Below are positions 11,342 through 20,072 of a stretch of 64,000 bases of DNA, one piece after another; position 1 is the stretch's first letter, and the number at the start of each line of letters is the position of its first letter. The stretch lies in NCBI GenBank assembly GCA_963666285.1, contig OY762711.1, one strand, 5' to 3'. The stretch comes from Sedimentisphaerales bacterium (lineage in GTDB: Bacteria > Planctomycetota > Phycisphaerae > Sedimentisphaerales > SM23-30). The notes below the pieces were generated by a model. It was not told where the DNA came from and made no database searches. It saw only the letters and a list, made by a program, of their open reading frames with translations. Made by a program: the position numbers and the translations under genes.

Positions 11342-11714
11342 GAAATTCTGCGTTTTTGGAATTAATTACATCTAAAAATGCGTAACAGACAGTATAGCAA
11401 ATTGTTAGATTACTTTGATTTGACTATTTGCTTAACACGCCTGAGTTATTGCAGTTTTGGACTTTAATGGCCAAACGCAAACCTTACCTGATTTATCAAA
11501 CAGATAACATTGTGTAATTTATTCTACAAAATCAGTGTATTATGTTGTAGAATAAAGACTTACAAGCATTAGCATGCAGGTAAAATTGAAAAATCTCATG
11601 CAAGTTTTGGCTTTCAGGTATGATTGATTACTAAAAAATAAATATTAAGTTTAAAAGCAATCAGATATTATTATACACAATAGTGTAGTATAGCCCTGCT
11701 TAAGGAGTAATAAC

Positions 11715-12581
11715 TTGAGTACCATAACAAAAGTATTTGCCGTATTAGTCTCTCTTTTATCAATCTTCCTCTGTGGTGTTGTTATAGCATTCATGGGAAA
11801 AGTTCAGGATTACAAAGAGCTTTATGAAGACCAGAAAGTTTTGGCTGATGCCGCTCAGGTTATGGCATACAGTGCCGAACAGAGACTCGAAAAAGCCAAC
11901 CTTACCTATGGCAAAGCTGCAGAACTTACCAGCGAAAGGCTCAAAGATCTGCGTGATCAATACAACACCATGAGTGTTGACCTTGCTCAAGCCGAACAGG
12001 AAAGTGTTTTGGAAAGCAGTAAAGCTGACTCTGCTGTTAAGCTGGTCACTGCTATGCGTACTACTATTCAAGACATGCAAAATGCATATGAAACCCTTTG
12101 GTCTGATTTTGACGACAACAGATCTCAGATGCTTCAGGCTCAAACTCAGGTTACTGAGCTTACCCGCCAGCTAAACAATGAAATGGCACGCACAAAACAG
12201 ATGGAAGATACCAACCGTCGTCGTGCTGAACAGATTGCCGGACTGGAAGAGCAGATTGCTAAACTTAACCAGCAGCTGGATAAATACAACATCGCCCAGA
12301 AAGAGTTCGATAGCGACACCGCTGTTGCTCAGGTACTGCCTGAAATGACTGGCGTTCCAATAATGGGTGAAATTACTGAGATGGATGATAACATTGTTGC
12401 TATCTCTGTTGGCAGCACTTCCGGTGTTCGTGAAAACATGAGATTCTGGATTGTTCGCGGTGATAAATTCCTGGGTAATCTGGACATTATCTATGTTGAA
12501 GCTGACGAAGCTGCCGGACGCTTAAGTAACAAACAGGATGTTATCGTTGAAGGCGATATGGTTACTACTGACTTTAACTAA
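11715..12581 (+). CDS. Membrane-anchored coiled-coil protein (hypothetical)
   Basis: TTG start preceded by AAGGAG. N-terminal TM (VFAVLVSLLSIFLCGVVIAF), then Q/E-rich coiled coil, then a small C-terminal domain. Confidence 0.5.
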   Translation: MSTITKVFAVLVSLLSIFLCGVVIAFMGKVQDYKELYEDQKVLADAAQVMAYSAEQRLEKANLTYGKAAELTSERLKDLRDQYNTMSVDLAQAEQESVLESSKADSAVKLVTAMRTTIQDMQNAYETLWSDFDDNRSQMLQAQTQVTELTRQLNNEMARTKQMEDTNRRRAEQIAGLEEQIAKLNQQLDKYNIAQKEFDSDTAVAQVLPEMTGVPIMGEITEMDDNIVAISVGSTSGVRENMRFWIVRGDKFLGNLDIIYVEADEAAGRLSNKQDVIVEGDMVTTDFN

Positions 12582-12615
12582 ACCAGGCTATTAACTGCTT
12601 ATTTGAGGATAGAAA

Positions 12616-12783
12616 ATGGCTAAGAAGAAACCAGATGCCGTTAAGAAAAAAGTACCTAAAGGTGGACCGGCCGCTGAGATGGACGTATATACCGGCCTGC
12701 TCGGCATAACCCTGATGGCTATGATTGGCACCACTGTATGGGTTTGCTTGAAGAGCATGGCGTTCTTTGATACCCTATTCTAG
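12616..12783 (+). CDS. Small (55 aa) single-TM protein
   Basis: ATG at 12616. Lys-rich N-terminus (MAKKKPDAVKKKVPKGG) then a TM segment LLGITLMAMIGTTVWVCL. Not in the ORF track because it is under 60 aa. Confidence 0.35.
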   Translation: MAKKKPDAVKKKVPKGGPAAEMDVYTGLLGITLMAMIGTTVWVCLKSMAFFDTLF

Positions 12784-12958
12784 TCCTGGCTGGTTTATTG
12801 AAAAATTAAATGCCGTTAGGATATCTTCTAACGGCAATTTTATTGATTCGCGTAATTTAGAATAACAATTTGGGCATACCGTATTTTTATCAGCTCTGGT
12901 TGTTATAAACATTATACAGAAAATTCTCTACATATTGGTACGAAAGGATTGACTTTTT

Positions 12959-13126
12959 ATGCTAGAATATGAAAACCTAAAAAAACTGGTAGCTGAAGTT
13001 GAAGAAGATGTAATTAAAGCAGAAGGTGGTAACAAAGCTGCCGGTACACGTGTTCGTAAATCTATGCAGGATATTAAAGCCGCTGCTCAGGAAGTAAGAG
13101 TAAAGATTTTGGAAGGTCGTGAATAA
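12959..13126 (+). CDS. Histone H1-like nucleoid protein, Hc1 family (short form)
   Basis: The 55-aa sequence MLEYENLKKLVAEVEEDVIKAEGGNKAAGTRVRKSMQDIKAAAQEVRVKILEGRE matches the conserved N-terminal core of chlamydial Hc1 (..KAEKGNKAAAQRVRTESIKLEKIAKVYRKES..). Followed by a terminator. Confidence 0.55.
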   Translation: MLEYENLKKLVAEVEEDVIKAEGGNKAAGTRVRKSMQDIKAAAQEVRVKILEGRE

Positions 13127-13193
13127 TTTTTACAGCTGCTAAAATTGTGGGCCGGAGCTGAGACAGTTCTCGCTCACAGCTAAGAGAAAAAGG

Positions 13194-13228
13194 GCCGCAA
13201 AGAGAATATTGCTTTTTGCGGTTTTTTT
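13194..13228 (+). terminator. Rho-independent terminator after the Hc1-like gene
   Basis: GCCGCAAAG..CTTTTTGCGG hairpin followed by a run of 7 T. Confidence 0.4.
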
Positions 13229-13325
13229 ATGGATTATTTTTCACTATTAAACAGTTCTTGTACTAGATAATAGTATAACCTTCTTTATTTTGCGGATTAA
13301 CCGCTCAAAAACTTCAGGAGTTAAT

Positions 13326-13799
13326 ATGCCGCCGAAATGGTTATTCGATATTAGTGATATTGATTTTGAAAATGTTGTTATGGATGTTGATAAAATCGAA
13401 TCTATAAACCCGCATAGATTTGAAATGCGGCAAATAGACGCAATCATTTATCACGCACCGGAAAAAGATGAAATTATTGCCCTTAAAGAAGTTAAAGACG
13501 ATGAATTCTGGGTCAGAGGACATATCCCGGGTCGCCCTATTTATCCTGGAGTACTGATGGTAGAAGCCGCTGCCCAAATGGCAAGTATTGCAGCTATCAG
13601 TGAAACCGGCGAAAAACGCTTTGTTGGTTTCGGCGGCATTCAGGACGTCAAATTCCGCCAGCAGGTAGGACCGGGTGATAAGCTGTACATTCTGGGAAAA
13701 TTCCTGCAAAAATCTCCTAGAAAATTTACTATGGCCGTTCAGGGAATTGTTGACGGCAAGATGGTATTTGAGGCACAGGTTATCGGAATGCCTCTGTAA
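13326..13799 (+). CDS. fabZ: 3-hydroxyacyl-ACP dehydratase FabZ/FabA-like (hotdog fold)
   Basis: Motif GHIPGRPIYPGVLMVEAAAQ. AGGAG Shine-Dalgarno 6 nt before the ATG at 13326 (the ORF track starts it at an upstream TTG). Confidence 0.75.
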   Translation: MPPKWLFDISDIDFENVVMDVDKIESINPHRFEMRQIDAIIYHAPEKDEIIALKEVKDDEFWVRGHIPGRPIYPGVLMVEAAAQMASIAAISETGEKRFVGFGGIQDVKFRQQVGPGDKLYILGKFLQKSPRKFTMAVQGIVDGKMVFEAQVIGMPL

Positions 13800-13893
13800 G
13801 TGGCACTTCATATCTCTGGAAATTTCAATTAATACGCCGAAATTTGAGTTGAATTTACTTTTGAGCCGTGATATAATGCGGGTCTGTATCGCT

Positions 13894-13967
13894 GGCTGGA
13901 TAGCTCAGATGGTTAGAGCGGCGGATTCATAGCCCGCAGGTCCCCGGTTCAATTCCGGGTCCAGCTA
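13894..13967 (+). tRNA. tRNA with CAT anticodon (Met elongator/initiator or Ile2-lysidine)
   Basis: Hand-folded cloverleaf: acceptor GGCTGGA/TCCAGCT, D-arm GCTCAGATGGTTAGAGC, anticodon loop TTCATAG, T-arm CCCGGTTCAATTCCGGG, discriminator A. One A31-C39 mismatch. Confidence 0.8.
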
Positions 13968-13980
13968 CTTACATTATAAA

Positions 13981-14013
13981 CCTCATTATTGAATTAATAA
14001 TGGGGTTTTTTTA
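13981..14013 (+). terminator. Terminator hairpin after the tRNA(CAT)
   Basis: CCTCATTATT-GAATT-AATAATGGGG followed by TTTTTTT. Confidence 0.5.
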
Positions 14014-14070
14014 CGGTCTTTTTTTGACAAACTACTATATACAATATACAACCAACATCCATAATACCTT

Positions 14071-15129
14071 TCATTTCTGTTCTGAAAAACAAGGCATTAC
14101 GTCCTGCTCAAAATAAGGTTCCTGATTTACCCAAAACATATATTGTACTTTAAGAAAGTCTTTTGCAAATGCCTGAAGTAAAGGAACCATATTGTTCCTA
14201 TTCTCCAATACTTTTTCAGAGTTCGTTTCACCTATATAATTCCCATCCTGTATTGCTATTCCTAACGGCACAGTATATTCGCTCTCATGCATCATAGCAA
14301 TCGCATGGTTAAGTTGTCCTTTTCTATGAACCATTAAATCAGGAGCTCCCAAACCTACCCCTATTTCTTCACCATACTGATAAATAGATTTCAAATACCC
14401 TTTATCATCCCATGGCAACCATTCTCCGGGCATAAAATTCGCATACTGCATAGTCGTTGATCTTGGAAAAGCCTTCTTTAGAGCAAGCATATTTACCTTA
14501 ACTGCTTCAGCGTAACCTGAGCCAGAAAATGACGCATCATCTTTACCGGAAACTTCAATTACAGTCTCCTGTAAATTTATTCCTTCAATCTTACCATCGA
14601 ATTCCTTACCAAGTGCCATAAGCAAACTAGCAAACCTTACTTGAACGTTTTTATCCCATCTTCTGGCAGTCCATCCATATGGAGTTCCATTTTCTGATCG
14701 CTGATAAATAACTCCGCCACCATATTCCCCCGACATTAAATAGTTCGGAACCCCTTTGTACTTTGTCGAAAAAGTTGCATCCTGTAATTGAATAAAGAGC
14801 ATTTTCTTCTTTAATTTAAGATATTTATAATCTTCTAAAATGATTGAAAAATCATATTGATCTTTCTTTGGCTCAAGCTGCCGCCAAGAGTACATAATTT
14901 GAGCTCCCCTAAACCTAGAGTTGCTCAAAAAAGGATGATCATGTATGAGTTCTCTATCCCTGGCAAAGTATACAAAATGTTTAATACCATCCTCTTCAAT
15001 AGGACATTTAGCATCTAAATACTTTTTATAGGCATTTACATATTTTTCGCCTGGGTTAGTTGGCTCTTTAGCATAGATGCATGCTATAAAACTACTAAAT
15101 AGAATAACACAAATAACATATTTATTCAT
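14071..15129 (-). CDS. Secreted TIM-barrel glycoside hydrolase-like protein
   Basis: Signal peptide MNKYVICVILFSSFIACIYA. The motif ..YSWRQLEPKKDQYDF.. resembles the W-x-x-LEP-x-x-G-x-YDF signature of GH42/GH35/GH5-type hydrolases. Confidence 0.45.
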   Translation of the reverse strand: MNKYVICVILFSSFIACIYAKEPTNPGEKYVNAYKKYLDAKCPIEEDGIKHFVYFARDRELIHDHPFLSNSRFRGAQIMYSWRQLEPKKDQYDFSIILEDYKYLKLKKKMLFIQLQDATFSTKYKGVPNYLMSGEYGGGVIYQRSENGTPYGWTARRWDKNVQVRFASLLMALGKEFDGKIEGINLQETVIEVSGKDDASFSGSGYAEAVKVNMLALKKAFPRSTTMQYANFMPGEWLPWDDKGYLKSIYQYGEEIGVGLGAPDLMVHRKGQLNHAIAMMHESEYTVPLGIAIQDGNYIGETNSEKVLENRNNMVPLLQAFAKDFLKVQYMFWVNQEPYFEQDVMPCFSEQK

Positions 15130-15398
15130 TTAGAAACACTCCATAGATAATAAAACAAACAATTAGACCTTTTCTTACTGCCAGTAGAGTATATTATAAA
15201 TGGAAATATTTCAATTATCCTTATAATTAATATTTTCCAGATAATTACGTTTCAGATAACTGTGTATTCAACATCTTTTTCAGTGATTCCCTGATTTTAA
15301 CCGGACATACCAGAATTGTTCGAGTGTTGTTTGGAATCTGTAATAAAAACTGTCTATATGTTGTATATATTGCTTTCACGCAATGACTTATGGAAATC

Positions 15399-15440
15399 CA
15401 TAGCCGCAAGCTCACGATTCAATTCCAGGTCCAGTTACTT
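15399..15440 (+). repeat. Degenerate direct repeat of the 3' half of the tRNA(CAT) gene (att-like remnant)
   Basis: ATCCATAGCCGCAAGCTCACGATTCAATTCCAGGTCCAGTTACTTACA aligns with the tRNA 3' half ATTCATAGCCCGCAGGTCCCCGGTTCAATTCCGGGTCCAGCTACTTACA, including 8 nt past the tRNA end. Followed by its own terminator hairpin (15450-15481). Confidence 0.5.
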
Positions 15441-15651
15441 ACAAATTACCCCTTGTACATATTTAAGTTCAAGGGTTTTTTATTTTCAGTTTTTGATAGT
15501 AACATAGCATTAAATCCTTCTATCCTTACCCTTCAAAAAATATTGTAAAATTGCATACAGCTATTTTATGCCAGCTTACCTGTCACTCTTTTTCTATTCA
15601 TGTTTTGATAAAAACTTACCGATAAACAATGCAATCGATAAGGATAAAACT

Positions 15652-16890
15652 ATGCCAATAACATTACCAGTAAGCCAGCTTGAGCCAGGTATGTGTCTTT
15701 CTAAAAGTATTGAGAATAAGTATAACATACTTCTGTCTCAGGGACGTATACTTACCCAAGAAGACATAGAAGCGTTAACCAAGAGGTTTCCTGCAGAGTT
15801 AGTCCAGATTGGCAACCCCATACTTGATGACCTGGTTGAGTTTGACGACACATCCTCATCTGATAAGATTTCAAAAGAAGTACGCAAAGCTGTTTCAAAA
15901 ATTACAGAAAAAATAAGTTGTTCTGTTAGAAATGGTGTTGTACTTAATGCCAATAATGTTACCGGCCTGAAAACCATAGTCAACAACCTTATGGCCTATA
16001 TGTCCAAAAACCCTGTCGCTCAGGCATTAGTCGAACAGAGCAATGGCTGGGATGACTATATCAAAGAACATAATGCTAATGTCTTTTATCTCAGTATGGT
16101 AATCGGCAACACTATCAGGAACTATGTAAAAACTGAACGCCACCGCCAGACAGCAGCTTCCAAAGTAAAAAATGCAATGGATCTTACTCCTCTTGCATTT
16201 GCTGCATTATTAAAAGATATCGCACTTGCAGATAAAGCACATTTGCTGACAAAGACCAAACCTCTTACTCCTTCTGAAATCGCTATGATCAGGATGCACC
16301 CTCTTGAAGGAGCCCGACTTATCCCCAACGAACTTCACCCAATGGTAAAGAGTGTTGTGCGTACTCATCACGAAAACATGAACGGAACCGGCTATCCGGA
16401 AGGCGTAAGTGGAAACAAAATATCAATCTTTGCCCGAATTATTCGAATAGCCGATGCTTATAGCGCTGCAATCTCCACCAACACATTCAAAAAAGCTAAA
16501 CCAACTGTCCAAGTTTTATATGATATGATTTATGGCAGCTACAAAACATATTATGACCCATTATTGTTGAAAGTACTGGCCAGTATAATATCACCTTTCC
16601 CTTGCGGTGCTAAACTGGAACTTTCTGATGGACAATTCGCTGTAGTAACTAAACATAATCCGAAAAATCCATTTAAACCTCAAGTCATAATTGCCTTTGA
16701 TAAGAATAATGAACCCATTATCAAAGCTAAACTGGAAGAGCCTTTTTACCTGAACGAAAGAAAAGAAATTGAAGTTTTTTATTATAACGACCAGGACATT
16801 TCGTTTATTAATAATTGCAATCAAGGCTACGATTCTCTGGAGATTGCCTCAACCGACTGCTCGCAAATATTTAACCTTACCTATCCTTGA
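15652..16890 (+). CDS. HD-GYP domain cyclic-di-GMP phosphodiesterase-type protein
   Basis: HD-GYP signature HHENMNGTGYPEG and upstream MIRMHPLEGARL. ATG at 15652 with AAGGA Shine-Dalgarno (the track ORF starts earlier). Confidence 0.7.
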   Translation: MPITLPVSQLEPGMCLSKSIENKYNILLSQGRILTQEDIEALTKRFPAELVQIGNPILDDLVEFDDTSSSDKISKEVRKAVSKITEKISCSVRNGVVLNANNVTGLKTIVNNLMAYMSKNPVAQALVEQSNGWDDYIKEHNANVFYLSMVIGNTIRNYVKTERHRQTAASKVKNAMDLTPLAFAALLKDIALADKAHLLTKTKPLTPSEIAMIRMHPLEGARLIPNELHPMVKSVVRTHHENMNGTGYPEGVSGNKISIFARIIRIADAYSAAISTNTFKKAKPTVQVLYDMIYGSYKTYYDPLLLKVLASIISPFPCGAKLELSDGQFAVVTKHNPKNPFKPQVIIAFDKNNEPIIKAKLEEPFYLNERKEIEVFYYNDQDISFINNCNQGYDSLEIASTDCSQIFNLTYP

Positions 16891-16904
16891 TAAATCAGAC
16901 TTCA

Positions 16905-17034
16905 CATATAGTTAACTCTCGAGTTTTTAAGTTGCAAAAGCCTTCTTGCAGCACTTTCTGTCAAAAAGAAGCATAAGACGCAATGTTGAGCTCTCAAAAG
17001 TGTGCCATGCTATGATGCGAAGCATAAACCGCAC
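16905..17034 (+). repeat. R-family intergenic repeat, copy R1 (short form: head of module A + tail of module B)
   Basis: AGTTAACTCTC..GTTTTTAAGTTGCAA... ...GTGCGCCATGC.ATGATGCGAAGCATAAACCGCAC shared with R3, R5 and R6. Confidence 0.55.
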
Positions 17035-17080
17035 AACATATTCTCTTTCCCTTATCGATCCAACTCACTATAATATACAA

Positions 17081-18244
17081 ATGCAACCTGCCAGAGTAAT
17101 ACTTCATATAGACATGGACGCTTTCTACGCTTCTGTTGAACAATTGGATTTTCCTAACCTGAAAGGAAAACCGGTTCTTGTAGGAGGTTCACCTCAACAA
17201 AGAGGAGTTGTTGCAGCCTGTTCATACGAAGCTCGAAAGTTTAACGTCCGCTCTGCAATGCCAATGTCTCAGGCAATTAAGCTTTGTCCAAGTGCTATTA
17301 TGCAGCCGGTGAGAATGGACCGGTATATCGAAATCTCCAGGCAAATCCACAATATATTCCATCAATATACTCCGGATGTCGAAAAGCTGTCAATTGACGA
17401 AGCTTTCCTGGATGTTACCGGATGCCAAAAACTTTTTGGCAATGCCGAATCAATCGGAAAACAGATAAAGTCGGATATTAAAAATACAGTCGGCCTTACC
17501 GCCTCTGTTGGTATTGCTCCTAATAAATTCCTGGCCAAACTCGCATCTGACCTTGACAAACCTGATGGCTTTGTTGTGATTACCGAAGATAATAAACAAA
17601 AAATACTGGACCCGCTTCCGGTATCAAAAATATGGGGGATCGGCAAAGTCACAAACGATGCCTTAAATCGTTTAGGTATCCAAACCGTAGAACAACTCAG
17701 AACCACTCCACCAAATACCCTGGCTTTGGTATTCAAAAACAGAGTTGACAAAATACTAAAATTAGCCCATGGCATAGATAACAGACCGGTTGAAACTTAT
17801 TCAGAGGCAAAAAGCTTCTCTGCCGAAGAAACTTTTGCCGCAGACATAATGGACAAAGATACCCTGCTCTCTATTTTACATAATCAGGTGGAAGAAGTAT
17901 CACAAAGACTTCGAGCCGAAAAACTACAGGCGCGGACAGTAACGCTAAAACTCAGATACAGCGACTTTAAAACTATTACTCGCAGTTCAACCCTGGAGTC
18001 GCCAACAAACGTAACACAGCTTTTTCTGCTTGAAGCTAAAACCCTTTTCTCAAACTGGTATACTAAATCCGCTGCTCCACTTAGACTCATCGGGTTCGGA
18101 GCCTCTGGAATTTCTCCGCAAGGTTCCGGTCAGATGATGCTGTTTAACGACCCTGAACAGGAAAAACAGAAGAAAGTCGACAATATCCTCGACAAGATAA
18201 AAGAAAAATTCGGCACAGACAGCCTGAAGAGAGGCGATTTCTAA
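17081..18244 (+). CDS. dinB: DNA polymerase IV (Y-family translesion polymerase)
   Basis: ILHIDMDAFYASVEQ..KPVLVGG...IDEAFLDV motifs. The start is probably MQPARVILHID at 17081; the track ORF extends upstream through repeat-derived sequence. Confidence 0.8.
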   Translation: MQPARVILHIDMDAFYASVEQLDFPNLKGKPVLVGGSPQQRGVVAACSYEARKFNVRSAMPMSQAIKLCPSAIMQPVRMDRYIEISRQIHNIFHQYTPDVEKLSIDEAFLDVTGCQKLFGNAESIGKQIKSDIKNTVGLTASVGIAPNKFLAKLASDLDKPDGFVVITEDNKQKILDPLPVSKIWGIGKVTNDALNRLGIQTVEQLRTTPPNTLALVFKNRVDKILKLAHGIDNRPVETYSEAKSFSAEETFAADIMDKDTLLSILHNQVEEVSQRLRAEKLQARTVTLKLRYSDFKTITRSSTLESPTNVTQLFLLEAKTLFSNWYTKSAAPLRLIGFGASGISPQGSGQMMLFNDPEQEKQKKVDNILDKIKEKFGTDSLKRGDF

Positions 18245-18307
18245 AACACCTTTCTTCAAACTATCCTTGCTCATTCATACATACGCTCATCTCTCCTCTT
18301 TCATTAA

Positions 18308-18651
18308 TTACTCAAAGTGACCGATTTTACACTTTTTATTGCTGTTTACTTTCGCATTTTTCAAGTTGCAATGAACGCCTAAAAGAGCCTTCTTGTTATA
18401 GTTTGAATTAAATATACTTTCGAGATTTAACCTCGAAAATGATAAAAATAATCCAATCTTCATTCACAAGGCCCTGTTCTGACCTTTGCGGATAACGTTG
18501 AACAGTCAAAAGTACGAAAGCGTACTTGCTGTAACACAATTTAATGCAAAATTGTTACATTAATGATTTAATTAGCTTGCCGCTTTGCGGCATTCCTGTC
18601 AAGTCCTGATTAAAAGTTGTCACTTTCCGTTTCTATTTCCTATTGTATTTT
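18308..18651 (+). repeat. R-family repeat, copy R2 (modules A+B+C), truncated by the IS3 insertion
   Basis: TTTACTTTCGCATTTTTCAAGTTGCAA.., ..CACAAGGCCCTGTTCTGACCTTTGCG..GTTGAACAGTCAAAAG.., ..CTGTAACACAATTTAATGCAAAATTGTTACATTAATGATTTAATTAGCTTGCCGCTTTGCGGCA. Confidence 0.55.
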
Positions 18652-18707
18652 GGTGATATATTCCGTAGTGAAGGGAGCCCGGAGGGCGACCGGAACGGAG
18701 GAATATA

Positions 18708-19493
18708 TCACGCCGCGGCATGCACTTCCGCAGGTATACGATACTTCAACGCAACATGCGGTCTACGAGTGTTGTAAAGCTCAATTGCCTGCCTTACTGC
18801 TGCATATACATGAGCCTTTTCCTTAAACGTTTCTTTTAATCCATATTCATATTTCAATATACCATTTAGCCGTTCCGCCTTGGCATTCTCATAGCAATGG
18901 TTCTCTTCGGTCATGCTTATCTGTAATCCATTTCTCTGCAACTTATCAATATATCTGTGACAGCAATACTGACAGCCTCTATCCGAATGGTGAATCGCTT
19001 TACTCCCTTTCGGCAGCTGCTTTATCGCCATCGACAATGCCCTTAAACAACCTTCGGCTTCCAAGCTATCACTACAATCATAACCTACTATCTTGCGGCT
19101 ATAAGCATCCATTACCAATGCCAGATACATAAAACCTTCATTTGTACGTATATATGTTATATCACTTACCAGAGCCTGATTAGCTCCTGTCAGTTCTGCA
19201 TCTTTCAACAAATTATTATAAACCTTAAAACTATGACGACTATTTGTAGTTGTAACATATCGTCTTTTACGCTTTATCAGCTTATCATACTTATCCATAA
19301 GCTCAAAAAAGCGATCACGGCCTATTTCTATACCAACAAGCTCCAGTACTGGACTTATCAACTCCAAAACCTTACGACAGCCTAACTCTGGTTGCAATCT
19401 GCGCTCTGCCTCAACCAGTTCTATAATCAAAGCTTCATCTATAGATTTCTTCTTACGTTCCTTGCGTGCTTTATAGTAGTTTTGCCTGCTCAT
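18708..19493 (-). CDS. IS3-family transposase OrfB (DDE/rve integrase core)
   Basis: 261 aa with rve-type catalytic region ..SDITYIRT..HHSDRGCQY...NAKAERLNG.. Confidence 0.7.
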   Translation of the reverse strand: MSRQNYYKARKERKKKSIDEALIIELVEAERRLQPELGCRKVLELISPVLELVGIEIGRDRFFELMDKYDKLIKRKRRYVTTTNSRHSFKVYNNLLKDAELTGANQALVSDITYIRTNEGFMYLALVMDAYSRKIVGYDCSDSLEAEGCLRALSMAIKQLPKGSKAIHHSDRGCQYCCHRYIDKLQRNGLQISMTEENHCYENAKAERLNGILKYEYGLKETFKEKAHVYAAVRQAIELYNTRRPHVALKYRIPAEVHAAA

Positions 19494-19516
19494 ACCTACA
19501 AGACGACAAAAGCCTG

Positions 19517-19942
19517 CTATCGTCGCCTTTTGGGAACTACCTTCCTGCGGCTTCTGCGAGGCACGTTCAACTGCTGTGTGCTTACTTTTTTTTTGAAAGC
19601 TTCTGGATCGACGCTAACTTCCTCACATAGCTCCTCAAATACTGCTTCATTCAACAAACTCTGCATATGAGTATCTGCTAATGCCTCTTTCAGCTGCTTA
19701 ATCTCAGACTTTAGCTTCTTTATCTGATTCTGCTCTTCTGGTTTTTCCACGCGTATAACCTTTGGTACTAAGTGGTTACGGCCATATTTAATTAGCCATT
19801 TCTTTACTGTCTCGCCACCTGGTATCCCATAATGACGATTAGCTTCCGATATACTACCCAGCTTACCAGATTCCAGATCATTTACAACTTGTAACTTAAA
19901 TGCCTCACTATATCTATTGTTTGCCTTCTTAATTATTGCCAT
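19517..19942 (-). CDS. IS3-family transposase OrfA (HTH)
   Basis: 141 aa, helix-turn-helix N-terminus, leucine-zipper-like middle, basic C-terminus. Confidence 0.7.
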   Translation of the reverse strand: MAIIKKANNRYSEAFKLQVVNDLESGKLGSISEANRHYGIPGGETVKKWLIKYGRNHLVPKVIRVEKPEEQNQIKKLKSEIKQLKEALADTHMQSLLNEAVFEELCEEVSVDPEAFKKKVSTQQLNVPRRSRRKVVPKRRR

Positions 19943-20044
19943 TGCTGTCTCCTGAAAAAGTTACTACATTATTTCTATAATGTGACAACTTATCACAGGA
20001 CCAGACATCCTCCCCTTATGCCTTATCCCTTATCTCTTATGCCT

Positions 20045-20072
20045 CTCAAACCAACCATCGGTCAGTTTGAGT
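20045..20072. terminator. Palindromic hairpin motif (CTCAAAC..ATCGGTCAGTTTGAG) abutting the stop codon of the convergent 20072 gene, preceded by CCTTATG-type heptamer repeats (20014..20041)
   Basis: One of three copies (also 33029..33055 and 44293..44317); probably a bidirectional terminator. Confidence 0.4.

Larger units (their letters stand above)
18652..19997 (-). mobile_element. IS3-family insertion sequence (~1.35 kb) with orfA/orfB and a -1 frameshift site
   Basis: orfA (19517..19942) is an HTH transposase; orfB (18708..19493) has the DDE integrase core (..HSDRGCQYCC..). An A9G slippery run at the orfA/orfB junction (plus-strand CTTTTTTTTT around 19590). Imperfect terminal repeats TGTGATAAG.. 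/ ..TATATCACC. Inserted inside intergenic repeat R2. Confidence 0.65.

Noticed and set aside
13894-13967. Calling the first tRNA specifically initiator tRNA-fMet
   Set aside because: It lacks the three consecutive G-C pairs closing the anticodon stem and has a G1-U72 pair. It could be elongator Met or Ile2 (lysidine), so the isotype is left as anticodon CAT.
16946-17080. N-terminal extension of the dinB ORF, and ORF 46857..47057, both encoding ..C(H)AMMRSINRT..
   Set aside because: The shared peptide is simply the translation of the R-repeat module B (GCGCCATGC.ATGATGCGAAGCATAAACCGCAC) and appears in other frames in other copies. DinB most likely starts at 17081.
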